This document shows, one piece after another, positions 45,520 to 55,190 of a stretch of DNA of 64,000 nucleotides (position 1 is its first letter; every line of letters starts with the position of its first letter). The stretch spans positions 1,133-65,132 of the forward strand of contig CAZKRK010000003.1 of assembly GCA_964555035.1 (NCBI GenBank), written 5' to 3'. The notes under the pieces are model-generated. The model was not told where the DNA came from. It was given only the letters and a program-made list of their open reading frames with translations, and ran no database searches. The position numbers were made by a program, and so were the translations under genes. The stretch comes from an uncultured Victivallales bacterium. Lineage in GTDB: Bacteria > Verrucomicrobiota > Kiritimatiellia > UBA8416 > CAYOBW01.

Positions 45520-46758
45520 TTACAGCTTGTACTGTGGGATCTTCAGCAACTCACCGTCTTTGAGCGCCGACTTGTGCGCCACGACGCCGGCCACGGTCAT
45601 GTTGAGCGCCTGGGCCACGTCCACCCACGGCTTGCGGTCCCGCAAAATGGCATCGATGAATTCGGTCGTGTGGTGACCGTGCGAGCCGCCGTGTCCGCCG
45701 CCACCGACGCCTGGCGGAAGAGGCGGCCGGCTGGTGTTCACCGCGACCTTGTCGAACTTCTGACCATAGACTCGTCCGCGTTCACCGCCGTTCTGCCGGA
45801 TGTCCCAGCAGACCGCCATGCGTGACATACCGCCGTCGTTCGTCCGGAACAGCGCAATCTCGCTGCCGAAGGGGTTCTTGTAGTCGTTGTTCTCGGGTCG
45901 CAGGTGTGGCACGACGCTGGGCATGCCCATGCAGGAAACTTCGGTGAAACTCCCGCCGGTGATGCCGATGTGGTAGGCGTTCGAATGGGTCGGGTACCAT
46001 TGCGGCGGCAACCCTTTGCGCCATCCGTTGACGTCCACCTTGTTCGTTTTCGGATTGTACCCCCCGATGGGTTTTCCGAAGAAGTGAAAGTACTCGCCCT
46101 CGGAGTAGATGATCTTGCCGAACGCCCCCGCGAGATACTGCTGGCGCCACGCATACAAGTCGGCGTGGTAGTAGGACGTCTCGAACATCATATACTTCAG
46201 GCCGCTCTTCTTGACGGCTTCAAACACGCGGTCGCAATCCTCGAGCGAACCGAAGGCCGCCGGCACGGCGGTGGCGACATGTTTACCATGCTGCAACGCC
46301 AACACGGCCAGGCGAGCGTGACTGGGCGCATCCGTGGCAATGAACACGGCCTCGATGGTGTCGTCCTTGATCATCTCCTCGCACGACGGATAGGTCTTCT
46401 GGCAGCGGCAGGCCTGGGCGAGCTGGGCACGGCGCGATGGAATCAGGTCGGTGACCGCCACGACCTCGACGTTCGGGTGATTCTGAAAACCCCATGCAGC
46501 GCCGAACCGGCACAGGCCGTACCCGGCGATGCCGACACGGATCTTGCGGTCGGAAAACGGCTGCCAGCCCTTGCCGGTCCCCGCCGGACCGGTGTCCTCG
46601 AAACCGGGGATGATATTGCCGTCGCCGTCCCGGGGGGGACCGGCCGCCCCCGCGCCGTTCGCGGCCGTGACAGCGCCCAGACCCAGGACGGCCCCCGCAA
46701 CGCCCATTCCTTCGACGAAACTACGCCGTGTCATACCTGCTGGTTGTTCTTTGCTCAT
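45520..46758 (-). CDS. Gfo/Idh/MocA family oxidoreductase, Tat-exported
   Basis: ATG 46758. Tat leader MSKEQPAGMTRRSFVEGMGVAGAVLGLGA. IRVGIAGYGLCRFG Rossmann motif. GKHVATAVP. Confidence 0.8.
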   Translation of the reverse strand: MSKEQPAGMTRRSFVEGMGVAGAVLGLGAVTAANGAGAAGPPRDGDGNIIPGFEDTGPAGTGKGWQPFSDRKIRVGIAGYGLCRFGAAWGFQNHPNVEVVAVTDLIPSRRAQLAQACRCQKTYPSCEEMIKDDTIEAVFIATDAPSHARLAVLALQHGKHVATAVPAAFGSLEDCDRVFEAVKKSGLKYMMFETSYYHADLYAWRQQYLAGAFGKIIYSEGEYFHFFGKPIGGYNPKTNKVDVNGWRKGLPPQWYPTHSNAYHIGITGGSFTEVSCMGMPSVVPHLRPENNDYKNPFGSEIALFRTNDGGMSRMAVCWDIRQNGGERGRVYGQKFDKVAVNTSRPPLPPGVGGGGHGGSHGHHTTEFIDAILRDRKPWVDVAQALNMTVAGVVAHKSALKDGELLKIPQYKL

Positions 46759-46785
46759 CGCGTCGGTCCTTTCTTGATGCAAGCG

Positions 46786-47158
46786 AGGTCCCCGGGCTCT
46801 TGTCCAGCCGTAGCCTTGGCAAAAGCGGATGCCCCGGAGCGTCTCAGACTGTTCCGCTACACGCAACCAAGATCCCCCGGGCTTGTCCCGGGGAGTTTCA
46901 GGCTGTTCCGCTACACGCCTGGCTCTCCCATTCTCTCCCGGAGCCCGGGACGAGGCAAGTGAGGAGCTCCGCGCTCGCCTGCCTCCAAACGGGCTCTGGA
47001 GCGTGGTGACGTCTTTCCTTAGCTCAACACCCTAACGATCCCCGGGGCAAGCCCGGGGGATTCCTCTGCCTCCTCTTGGTCCGTTACTCGTGGTCCACCA
47101 TCCTAATGACCCCGGGCATCCGCCTTCGCCAAGGCGGGGCAAGCCCGGGGGATTCCCA
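46786..47158. repeat. Cluster of short GC-rich palindromic units related to family 2 (GATCCCCCGGGCTTGYCC / GGGGCAAGCCCGGGGGATTCC)
   Basis: gatcccccgggcttgtcccgggga at 46871-46894 is flanked by direct repeats ctgttccgctacacgc at 46848 and 46902. gatccccggggcaagcccgggggattcc sits at 47038-47065 and ggggcaagcccgggggattccc at 47136-47157. Confidence 0.7.
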
Positions 47159-47161
47159 TTA

Positions 47162-47662
47162 CTACTCCCCCATGACCAACACTTCGCAGACGCGTTTGCG
47201 TTCGCGGACCTGGTCCCAGTCGATGAAGTAGATAAACCCGAAATCGCCGAGCGAAAGCTCCCCCTTTTCGAGCACGATATTCTCGGAGCGGCCGAAGAAG
47301 CAGGAGCGCAGGTGGGCGTCGGTGTTCAGGCTGCCCTTGGGCTCCTCGTCGGGAAACGTGAGCGCAAACTCGATATGCTCGGGGCCCGGATGGTGATACT
47401 GCCCTTCGGTGCGGCAGGTGGGAATCAGCTTCTCCATGGTTTCCATCAAATCGACCTGCAGGTACTCACGGCCGAAGTAATTCAGGTCGTGCGAACACTC
47501 CTGGGTGATGACCGAGCAGGTGGTGTGGTGAGAGTAGACGGTCACCAGCCCGTTCTGGATGCCGGATTCCGCCACGATCTCCTTTACCTCGTCGGTGACG
47601 TTGTGGAAATCCGGCATGTGATCTTTCGACTGCACTTCGATTTTGCCAATGTGTACTGCCAT
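47162..47662 (-). CDS. yjbQ: YjbQ/UPF0047 family protein (second paralog)
   Basis: ATG 47662 (MAVHIGKIEVQSKDHMPDFHNVTDEVKEIVAESGIQNGLVTVYSHHTTCSVITQE...NTDAHLRSCFFG). GGAGAGAGGGAA RBS. Confidence 0.8.
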   Translation of the reverse strand: MAVHIGKIEVQSKDHMPDFHNVTDEVKEIVAESGIQNGLVTVYSHHTTCSVITQECSHDLNYFGREYLQVDLMETMEKLIPTCRTEGQYHHPGPEHIEFALTFPDEEPKGSLNTDAHLRSCFFGRSENIVLEKGELSLGDFGFIYFIDWDQVRERKRVCEVLVMGE

Positions 47663-47756
47663 GAGTGGTTCCCTCTCTCCTGTTTGTCTTCCTGTAGAAG
47701 AGTTGTCTCTCGAGCCCATACTCTACGACGAAAGCCAACCGGGATACTACCCCCTT

Positions 47757-47786
47757 CCGCGCACAGAGATTTTCTTATTTGCGCAC
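47757..47786 (-). promoter_or_regulatory. TTGCGCAC-N14-TTGCGCAC box (first half CCGCGCAC) in the divergent region between yjbQ and the GH95-like gene
   Basis: ccgcgcacagagattttcttatttgcgcac, 95 nt from ATG 47662. Preceded by gggatactaccc (47741-47752). Confidence 0.5.
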
Positions 47787-47969
47787 GCCGGGATTCCAGA
47801 GAGAAGCCGGCAGGAGGACTTCAGACGCCGTCCAAAATGATGTGCATTGCGCTCGCAACGATGCACGTGCGGCGTTGCACTAGGATGGCCGGAAGGAGCA
47901 TACTGTCGGTCACCCGGCGGGTGTCGCCGGTGCTGACGAAGCAGATCTTTGTGGAAGGACGTGAAGACT

Positions 47970-50900
47970 ATGAAGCGGACGAATCGAATTCTATGCGTGG
48001 GCCTGTTGGTTCTGCAGGTATGCCGGTGCGATGCAATGGCAAAAGAGCCACCTACTGACAACACACGACACGCGGCACGGCAATGGGACACCTTGCGCGC
48101 CAAGCTCACGGACTACCTTTCCGTCTACGGCAAACCGATTCCCTCCCTGAAGAAGGTGAACACGATTCCGGACGCGCCGCTCTGCGGCGGCGGCAAACTG
48201 ACCGTTGCGCTGGACGGGAACCATCGGGATGTCAACTATCACCTCAGCAAGTCCGATTTCTGGGCCGTGGAATTGCACCCGGGCCGTTTGTTCCAGAAGC
48301 ACCATATCCGCCAGGTGCCGCTCGGCCGCCTTGTCATGACGATTCACAATGCGGCCGCCGAACCGGACGGCTTCCGGCATGTCCAGGATATGGCCGCGGC
48401 CGAGGTGCGCAGCGAACTGCCGCTGGAGGGCGGTCTGCTGAAAGCGCGTTGCGTGGCCCTCGCACAGCGCGACATGGTGGTGGTCGAGCTGGAAGCCGTG
48501 AAGACCGCCGCGTCGCTGACCGTCCGACTCGCCACCGAGAACGAGCAGAAGAACTTCTTCATCATCTCGGGCGTGCGCGACGCAGCGACTGTCTGGCTGC
48601 GCAAGGAACACACTTCGTTCATTACGGTCAACGCTGCCGCGGCCCTGCGTACGGTGGACGCATCGAACGTGCGCACGACCTATGACAGGGGTGGCACGGG
48701 AGCCTCGCTCTCATTCGACGTGCAGCCGGGAGGGACCACGCGGCTTCTGCTTAGTGTCAAAGGCGGCAAAGACGAGTACAAGCACCTCGAGCAGGCGCTG
48801 GCGGCGCTGGACGGCGTGAAAGGCGATACCGTTACCGGGTTGTTGGCGGACCACGCGGAATGGTGGCAGGCGTACTGGTCGAAAGCCTGGATCGACGTCA
48901 ACGACGCATTGATCGAACGCTACTACTATGGAGCCCTGTACGTGTTGGGCAGTTCGATTGACCTGGACGCCCGGGTGACGCCGGGCCTGGCAGGAGGATG
49001 GATCACGGCGCCCAATCCCATCTGGGGCGGCACCTACACCATGAACTACAACGGGGAGGCGCCCTTCTGGAGCCTGTTCTCGGCGAACCGCGGGGATTTC
49101 ATTCTGCCGTATGCGCGTGTTCTGCAGGACTACATCCCCTCGGGGCGCGCGCTGGCGAGACGGCTGGATACCAGGGGCATTGTGATGCCCGTGATGATCG
49201 GGCCCTGGGGAATCGAGGACAACGATGACGCACTGGGGCAGAAGAGCAATGCGTCGCTGGCGGCACTGTCCTTGATCTGGCACTGCGAATTCTCCAAAGA
49301 CCGGGAATTCATGGAGCAATACGCGTACCCGTACCTGCGCGAGTTGATGGACTTCTGGGAGGACAATCTCGAGCTCGACGAGACCGGCCGCTACGTCATA
49401 AGGGGCGCCCAGCGCGAGCGCATGCCGGGAGATCTCAATCCCGGACCGACGGTGGGCTATGTGCGGCGAGTGCTCCAGGCAGCCATCCGCTTCAGCGGCG
49501 AGCTGGGGGTCGACGCGGACCGCCGCCCCCGGTGGCAGGATTTCCTGGACCGTCTGAGCGACTATCCCGTGGCGCTTGTGGATGGGAAGCTCCTCTTCAA
49601 GGAGGCCGAAAACCGCATCGACATTTCGATCTTCGGCAAGGAGGACAATCCGGTTGTGCTCGACCATGTCTATCCCGGCGGCGCGCTCGATGGCCCCGGT
49701 TCGGAAAGGGGCCGCATCATTGCCCGCGATACGCTCCGCTGGCTGGGCTCCTGGAACCAGGGCAACGGGTTTCCGCGCATCTTTTCGCAGGCCGTCCGGG
49801 CCGGGTATCCCGGGGAGGAACTCCTGGGCATCTTCACCAACCGCCTGACCCATGGCGAGGGGCCGCACGAGCGCCTGCGCCGGAACAACACGTTTCTCTC
49901 GGCCGACCATTCCTTTGAGGGTGTGGGCTGCATCGAGTTCGTCAACTCCATGCTGGCGCACGCGCACGGGGGCGTGCTGAAGGTCTTCGATGTCTGGCCG
50001 GAGGGGCGCGACGCGTCGTTTGAGCGTTTGCGGGTACGGGGCGCGTTCCTGGTTTCGGGTGAGATGAAGAACGGCACGGTCTCACGCGTGGAGATACTGT
50101 CAGAGAAGGGCGGCGCCTGCCGGATGGCCAGTTGTTGGCCTGGACATTCGATTGCCGCGAAGCAAGCCGATGGATCAACCGTTGACGTTCGACGTGACGC
50201 CGACGTTTGTGAGTGGGACACGGTTCCGGGCGGCGTCTACCGCGTGACTGCCGGTGTCGCGGTGAAGGTGGGGCCGGCCAGCCTGCCGGTCATGCTCGTT
50301 CCGGTCATCGATCCCGCCGCTGCCAAGGGACCGGAATACACCTCGGCCACGCTGGACGTGCTGTTGACGCCGAACGTGCGCTCCACCCGACTGGAGATGG
50401 ATGTTGTGCATGCGGACGAAGGCCGGCGTCGCGGCACGGCGGATTGCCGGTTCCGCACTCGGGACGAGAAGGTTGCCACAGTGGATGCCGGCGGCGTGAT
50501 TCGCGCGGTCGGGGCCGGGCGGACGATGGTGGATGTCGTCACTGACATCGGCGGTGTGCGTCTGAGCCATTCCGTGTCCGTCTACGTCCTGAACAACCGT
50601 GTGATTCCCGGCGTCAAGGCGATGTCGGTTTCGAGGGATGGATGGGGCCATGAGGGCTGGATGAACTCGCCCAGTTGCCTGGTTGGCGCGGGAGGGATCG
50701 ACGGTCCGGACATCACCTCCCTTCACCGCGCCAATTCCTACCGTGTCGGCATGTATAGCGCCGACAAGGGCGAGAAGGCTGAGATCACGTTTGATCTGGG
50801 TTCCGCTTACGCACTCGATGCGATGGTCGTATGGAACTACAACTGCCCTGACGACTACCGCGTGCTCTGGTGGACCGGCGGGACGGCGTGTGGCCTGCGG

Positions 50901-51164
50901 GACGTGACGGTTGAGTATTCGAAGGACGGCAAACAGTGGCAGCCCCTCAAGACTGGGGGTTATCCCTTTCGCCTGGCCCGGGCGACGGGCAGGCAGTGGA
51001 TGCCGGCGACCAACCTGGACGACGGCAAGAACAGCCCGATCCGTTTTCACGGCGCCAAGGCGCGCTACGTGAGGCTGAAGGCCGACCCGGCTACAGGAAC
51101 CGGCAACTGGGGCGGACCGAGATTTGGGTTGAGTGAGGTGAAGTTCACGTATCTGGAGCGGTGA
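47970..51164 (+). CDS. Secreted GH95-like six-hairpin glycosidase with C-terminal Big_2-like and F5/8 type C (discoidin) domains
   Basis: ATG 47970 (GGAAGGA RBS). Signal peptide MKRTNRILCVGLLVLQVCRCDAMA. GGWITAPNPIWGGTYTMNYNGEAPFWSLFSANR resembles the GH95 W..YT.NIN.QMNYW block. ATVDAGGVIRAVGAGRTMVDV is Ig-like. MVVWNYN...RDVTVEYSKDGKQW...ARYVRLKA...GLSEVKF is discoidin-like. Confidence 0.55.
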   Translation: MKRTNRILCVGLLVLQVCRCDAMAKEPPTDNTRHAARQWDTLRAKLTDYLSVYGKPIPSLKKVNTIPDAPLCGGGKLTVALDGNHRDVNYHLSKSDFWAVELHPGRLFQKHHIRQVPLGRLVMTIHNAAAEPDGFRHVQDMAAAEVRSELPLEGGLLKARCVALAQRDMVVVELEAVKTAASLTVRLATENEQKNFFIISGVRDAATVWLRKEHTSFITVNAAAALRTVDASNVRTTYDRGGTGASLSFDVQPGGTTRLLLSVKGGKDEYKHLEQALAALDGVKGDTVTGLLADHAEWWQAYWSKAWIDVNDALIERYYYGALYVLGSSIDLDARVTPGLAGGWITAPNPIWGGTYTMNYNGEAPFWSLFSANRGDFILPYARVLQDYIPSGRALARRLDTRGIVMPVMIGPWGIEDNDDALGQKSNASLAALSLIWHCEFSKDREFMEQYAYPYLRELMDFWEDNLELDETGRYVIRGAQRERMPGDLNPGPTVGYVRRVLQAAIRFSGELGVDADRRPRWQDFLDRLSDYPVALVDGKLLFKEAENRIDISIFGKEDNPVVLDHVYPGGALDGPGSERGRIIARDTLRWLGSWNQGNGFPRIFSQAVRAGYPGEELLGIFTNRLTHGEGPHERLRRNNTFLSADHSFEGVGCIEFVNSMLAHAHGGVLKVFDVWPEGRDASFERLRVRGAFLVSGEMKNGTVSRVEILSEKGGACRMASCWPGHSIAAKQADGSTVDVRRDADVCEWDTVPGGVYRVTAGVAVKVGPASLPVMLVPVIDPAAAKGPEYTSATLDVLLTPNVRSTRLEMDVVHADEGRRRGTADCRFRTRDEKVATVDAGGVIRAVGAGRTMVDVVTDIGGVRLSHSVSVYVLNNRVIPGVKAMSVSRDGWGHEGWMNSPSCLVGAGGIDGPDITSLHRANSYRVGMYSADKGEKAEITFDLGSAYALDAMVVWNYNCPDDYRVLWWTGGTACGLRDVTVEYSKDGKQWQPLKTGGYPFRLARATGRQWMPATNLDDGKNSPIRFHGAKARYVRLKADPATGTGNWGGPRFGLSEVKFTYLER

Positions 51165-51175
51165 GGTAGAAGAAG

Positions 51176-51988
51176 ATGAGTACAATCGACATTGCTATCC
51201 TGATTGCCTACCTGCTCGCCATGGTGGCCGTGGGCGTCTATTGCTCGCGGAAATCGGCGGCCAGTATGAAGGCCTATTTTCTGGGCAACAACGAATCCAA
51301 GTGGTGGATGCTGGCGGCATCGGGCGCGGCGTCGAACTACGACGTGACCGGCACGATGTTCCTCGTTTCACTCTTCTACGTGGTCGGCCTCAGGGCGTTC
51401 TGGATGCTGTGGAGCTGGCAGTTCTTCGGGGCTGCGTTCCTGATGTGCTACATGGCTCTGTGGGTCAGGCGAACGAAAGTCATGACCGCCGTCGAACTGA
51501 TGTACGCGCGTTTCGGCGACGACGCCGGAGGGCGCATGGCCCGTACCGCCGGCGCCGTTCTCATGGTTACGTTCCTGACCGTATCCGTGGGATACGCGTT
51601 CGTCGTCACCGACTTCATCCAGACCGTTCTCATGTCGATCAGCGGTCTGCTCGTCGGTGTCATCGTGTACTGCAAGCTCGATGCCGATGCCGTCGCCAAG
51701 GTCCACGAGCTGTTCGATCTCAACATGCTGCCCCAGGCCAGGCTGGATATGCCGGAAGGCTATGAGAGCTGGAACAACTTCGGCATCCTGTGCGTCTACT
51801 GGGCGGTGGCGGGTTTTCTGTTGAATACCAGTGGGGCAGGGGGGCACTACCAGGAGCAGCGGTTCCTTGCGACGAAGAACACGGCCGAAGCCGCAAAGGC
51901 CGGTTGGGGTTGGGGGTTCTTCCCGATTCCGCGCTGGGCGATGATTGCCGGTTTCACCTTCATAGCCGCGGCTGGTACAAGCAGGTGA
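51176..51988 (+). CDS. Sodium:solute symporter family protein, N-terminal part only (probably a truncated gene)
   Basis: IAILIAYLLAMVAVGVYCSRKSAASMKAYFLGNNESKWWMLAASGAASNYDVTGTMF is an SSS-type N-terminus. The ORF stops after 270 aa, whereas the family is normally 480-600 aa. No continuation in any frame before 52141. Confidence 0.5.
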   Translation: MSTIDIAILIAYLLAMVAVGVYCSRKSAASMKAYFLGNNESKWWMLAASGAASNYDVTGTMFLVSLFYVVGLRAFWMLWSWQFFGAAFLMCYMALWVRRTKVMTAVELMYARFGDDAGGRMARTAGAVLMVTFLTVSVGYAFVVTDFIQTVLMSISGLLVGVIVYCKLDADAVAKVHELFDLNMLPQARLDMPEGYESWNNFGILCVYWAVAGFLLNTSGAGGHYQEQRFLATKNTAEAAKAGWGWGFFPIPRWAMIAGFTFIAAAGTSR

Positions 51989-52140
51989 AAGCGATGCAGG
52001 AAAACGGGGAGCAATGAGGATGCGCCGATCAATGATGCATGTCTATCCGCCGATGATGCGTGTTGGTGATGGTAGGAACTGCCGTAAAGGTCGTATCCTT
52101 GGGGTTACGCAGATGGAGCGAACCGAGTGAGGGACAGATA

Positions 52141-54957
52141 ATGGGGAAGCCTGAGACTGCCTACATCGTGCCGCACACGCACTGGGATCGTGAGTGGCGA
52201 TATCCGATCTGGAAGAACCGCGTGCTGCTCGTGGAGTTCATGGAGGAGTTGCTGGAGACGCTGGATTCCGATCCGGAGTACCGCGGCTTTCTGCTGGATG
52301 GTCAGGTGGCCCCGATTGAGGACTACCTGGAAGTGGCGCCGCACGACCGCGAACGCGTGACAAAGCACATTCGCGATGGCCGGATTGCTGTCGGCCCCTG
52401 GTACACGCTGCCCGATCTCTACCCGCTTGACGGTGAGTGCCTGGTGCGCAACCTGTTGACGGGAACGCGGGTCGCCGCGAAGTACGGCGAGCCGATGATG
52501 ATTGGCTACAACTCCTTTGGCTGGGGACAGACCGCCCAGTTTCCCCAGATCTACGCCGGGTTCGGGATCGATTTCATCGTCTGCGCCAAAAAGGTCTCCA
52601 ACGAGCGCGCCCCGGAAAGCGAGTTCATGTGGGAAGCGCCGGACGGGACGCGCGTGCTGACCAGCCGTCTCGGTGAGCATGCGCGGGGGGCGTTCTATTA
52701 TCTCGCCTATCTCTTTGCCAAGTACGGGGTGAACTGCATCTCCAGCGAGTTCAAGTACAGCCCCGCGCAGTCAGGTGCGGCGATGCATGACGCGCGGGTC
52801 GATCGCGCGGACGACGATTTCTTCATGATCGCTCCGAAGTTGGATCACTCGGCTGAGCACTTAAAGAGAGGCGCCGACGACGTCTGGGACGCCACGGACG
52901 ATACGGTGATGAAGAGTCATCGGCTATTTCTCAACGGGACGGACTTCTCCACGCCGCATCCGAACCTGACGCGGATGATCCGGGATCTGAACGAGCTCAG
53001 CCCGGACACGGAGTATGTGCATGAGCGGCTCGAGGCGTATGCGAAGAAGCTCCACGAAGAGATCGACCCCGCAAGCCTGCGGGCGATCGAGGGTGAGCTG
53101 CGCGATGGTCCGTCCTGCGATTGCTCCGGCAATGCGCTCGCGTCGCGAATCTACCTCAAGCAACTCAACAAGCAGGCACAGAACGTGGTGCTTCGCAAAG
53201 CGGAACCGCTGGCGGCAGCGCTGTCGCTGCGCGGCACGCCGTATCCGCGCGGGTTGATGGACGTAGCCTGGAAGCACCTCCTTGAATCTCACCCGCACGA
53301 TTCGATCAACGGGGTGACCCAGGACCGGACAGCCGACGATGTGGAGTACCGCCTCAATCAGGCGTTGGAGATCGGGAATGCTGTCTACGACAAGTCGGTT
53401 GCGGAGGTCCTGAAGCAGATCGATCTGTCGGCTTGCGGTGAGAACGAACAGGTGCTGGTGGTTTTCAACCCACTGCCCCGTCCGCGCCGCGAGGTGATTG
53501 CCGCCTGTGTTTGCACGCCCGGGGACGAAGGCGTCTGGAGCCTCTCTGCTTGCGACTGCGACGGCAACCCGCTTGAGGTGCAGGAGATATCCCGCTCGGA
53601 GAAGACCTTCCCCGTTCACGACACCGAAGCGCGTCCCTGGCCGTTCAAGGTCGACCGCCATATGCTTCTCGTCGATCCGGGCGAGGTCCCGGCCGGAGGG
53701 TACAAGGCGATCCGCTTCATGCCCAAGTCACATTTCGAACGCGACCACCACTACTGGCTGGAAATGCGCCGCGGCACCGGCGAGGCACTGTCACCGGCGG
53801 ACAACGTGCTCGAGAACGAGCATCTGCGTGTCGAGATCGCGGGCAACGGGACGCTGACGCTGACCGACAAGGCGTCGGGACAGTCGTACGAAGGGCTGCA
53901 CTATTTCGAGGATGGCGGCGACATCGGCAACTACTGGGCTTTCTACCCGCCCTACAACGACCGGGTGTTCAACACCCTTTCGTCTCATCCCAGGATCTGG
54001 TTGGAGGAGAACGGACCGCTGTCCGCCACGATCGGCATCGAGCACCGTCTGGACCTGCCCGCCTTCGCTCACGAACCGGAATGCGGCGTGCGTGGCCGGA
54101 GCCGGCGCAGCGATGAGACGAAGGAACTGGTGATCACATCCAGGGTGACGCTGAAGAAGGGCGCAAGACGCGTAGACATTCGCACGGAAGTTGACAACAC
54201 GATCCGCAACCACCGCCTCCGTGTGGCCTTTCCAACCGGGATTGAGGCGGAACATGCCTGTGCGTCCGGCCACTTCATCGTCGATGAGCGCCCGCGCGTT
54301 CCGGTCAAAAACGCCAACGGCGAATACTGGCCGGAGATGCAGACACTGCCGACGCAGCATTTCGTAGACCTTTCCGCTGAGGGGCACGGTCTGGCCGTAC
54401 TGCACACCGGCATGACCGAGTATGAGGCGTGCGACGATGAGAACGCCACCGTGCGCATGACGTTGCTCCGTGCCATGGGGAACATGATCGTCACGTGGTG
54501 GGAGGCGGTTGGCGTCTTTCCGGACCAGGACGGCAGCCAGCTTCAGCGCAGGATGATCTTCGACTACGCGCTCTATCCTCATGCCGGCGATTGGGCGGCA
54601 GGCGAGGTTTACGGGCAGGCTGAAGCGTTGAACGTACCACTCGCCCCGTTCCAGATCACCGCGGGTGTGCAGACTGGTGCAATGCCGCCCGAGACCGGCT
54701 TCTACTCTGTCGAACCGGCCAATCTCATCGTCGCCGCGTTCAAGCAGGCCCAGGACCGGGATTCCTGCATCTTGCGCGTGTTCAACCCGACAAAGGAGGA
54801 GATTGACGGCACCATCCGCGTCGGTTCCTCCTTGAAGGAAGCGTATCTGGCGGATCTGAACGAAACCCGCATTTCAGCGCTTGAGTTGCCTGACGGGAGA
54901 GCCCTGCGTGTCACGGTCGCGCCGAGAAGGATCGTAACGGTTGAACTGGGACACTAG
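52141..54957 (+). CDS. GH38 alpha-mannosidase
   Basis: ATG 52141. AYIVPHTHWDREWRYPIW...FLLDGQ is the GH38 N-terminal catalytic signature. Length 938 aa is typical for the family. Confidence 0.85.
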   Translation: MGKPETAYIVPHTHWDREWRYPIWKNRVLLVEFMEELLETLDSDPEYRGFLLDGQVAPIEDYLEVAPHDRERVTKHIRDGRIAVGPWYTLPDLYPLDGECLVRNLLTGTRVAAKYGEPMMIGYNSFGWGQTAQFPQIYAGFGIDFIVCAKKVSNERAPESEFMWEAPDGTRVLTSRLGEHARGAFYYLAYLFAKYGVNCISSEFKYSPAQSGAAMHDARVDRADDDFFMIAPKLDHSAEHLKRGADDVWDATDDTVMKSHRLFLNGTDFSTPHPNLTRMIRDLNELSPDTEYVHERLEAYAKKLHEEIDPASLRAIEGELRDGPSCDCSGNALASRIYLKQLNKQAQNVVLRKAEPLAAALSLRGTPYPRGLMDVAWKHLLESHPHDSINGVTQDRTADDVEYRLNQALEIGNAVYDKSVAEVLKQIDLSACGENEQVLVVFNPLPRPRREVIAACVCTPGDEGVWSLSACDCDGNPLEVQEISRSEKTFPVHDTEARPWPFKVDRHMLLVDPGEVPAGGYKAIRFMPKSHFERDHHYWLEMRRGTGEALSPADNVLENEHLRVEIAGNGTLTLTDKASGQSYEGLHYFEDGGDIGNYWAFYPPYNDRVFNTLSSHPRIWLEENGPLSATIGIEHRLDLPAFAHEPECGVRGRSRRSDETKELVITSRVTLKKGARRVDIRTEVDNTIRNHRLRVAFPTGIEAEHACASGHFIVDERPRVPVKNANGEYWPEMQTLPTQHFVDLSAEGHGLAVLHTGMTEYEACDDENATVRMTLLRAMGNMIVTWWEAVGVFPDQDGSQLQRRMIFDYALYPHAGDWAAGEVYGQAEALNVPLAPFQITAGVQTGAMPPETGFYSVEPANLIVAAFKQAQDRDSCILRVFNPTKEEIDGTIRVGSSLKEAYLADLNETRISALELPDGRALRVTVAPRRIVTVELGH

Positions 54958-55067
54958 TTGAGCTCGGCGTAAGTAACGGCGCATCCGCGATTTGTTGCAG
55001 GGCCACCGCAGGGCTTGCCCCGCTGGAGCCATGATTGATGGATGAGGAGAGATCAGAGGATCGATCG

Positions 55068-55143
55068 TCCACCGCTATCGTCGCCCGCTATCGTAGACCG
55101 AACCGAACGCCGGTGGACGATAGCGGACGACGATAGCGGTGGA
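55068..55143. repeat. Very stable hairpin (27-bp arms, 1 mismatch, 22-nt loop) 110 nt after the GH38 stop
   Basis: tccaccgctatcgtcgcccgctatcgt (55068-55094) / acgatagcggacgacgatagcggtgga (55117-55143). Flanking cgatcg/cgatgg extend the stem. Confidence 0.8.
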
Positions 55144-55190
55144 CGATGGTGAGGGGAGGCGAACCTGCATGTTGCCGTCGCACGTAATGA

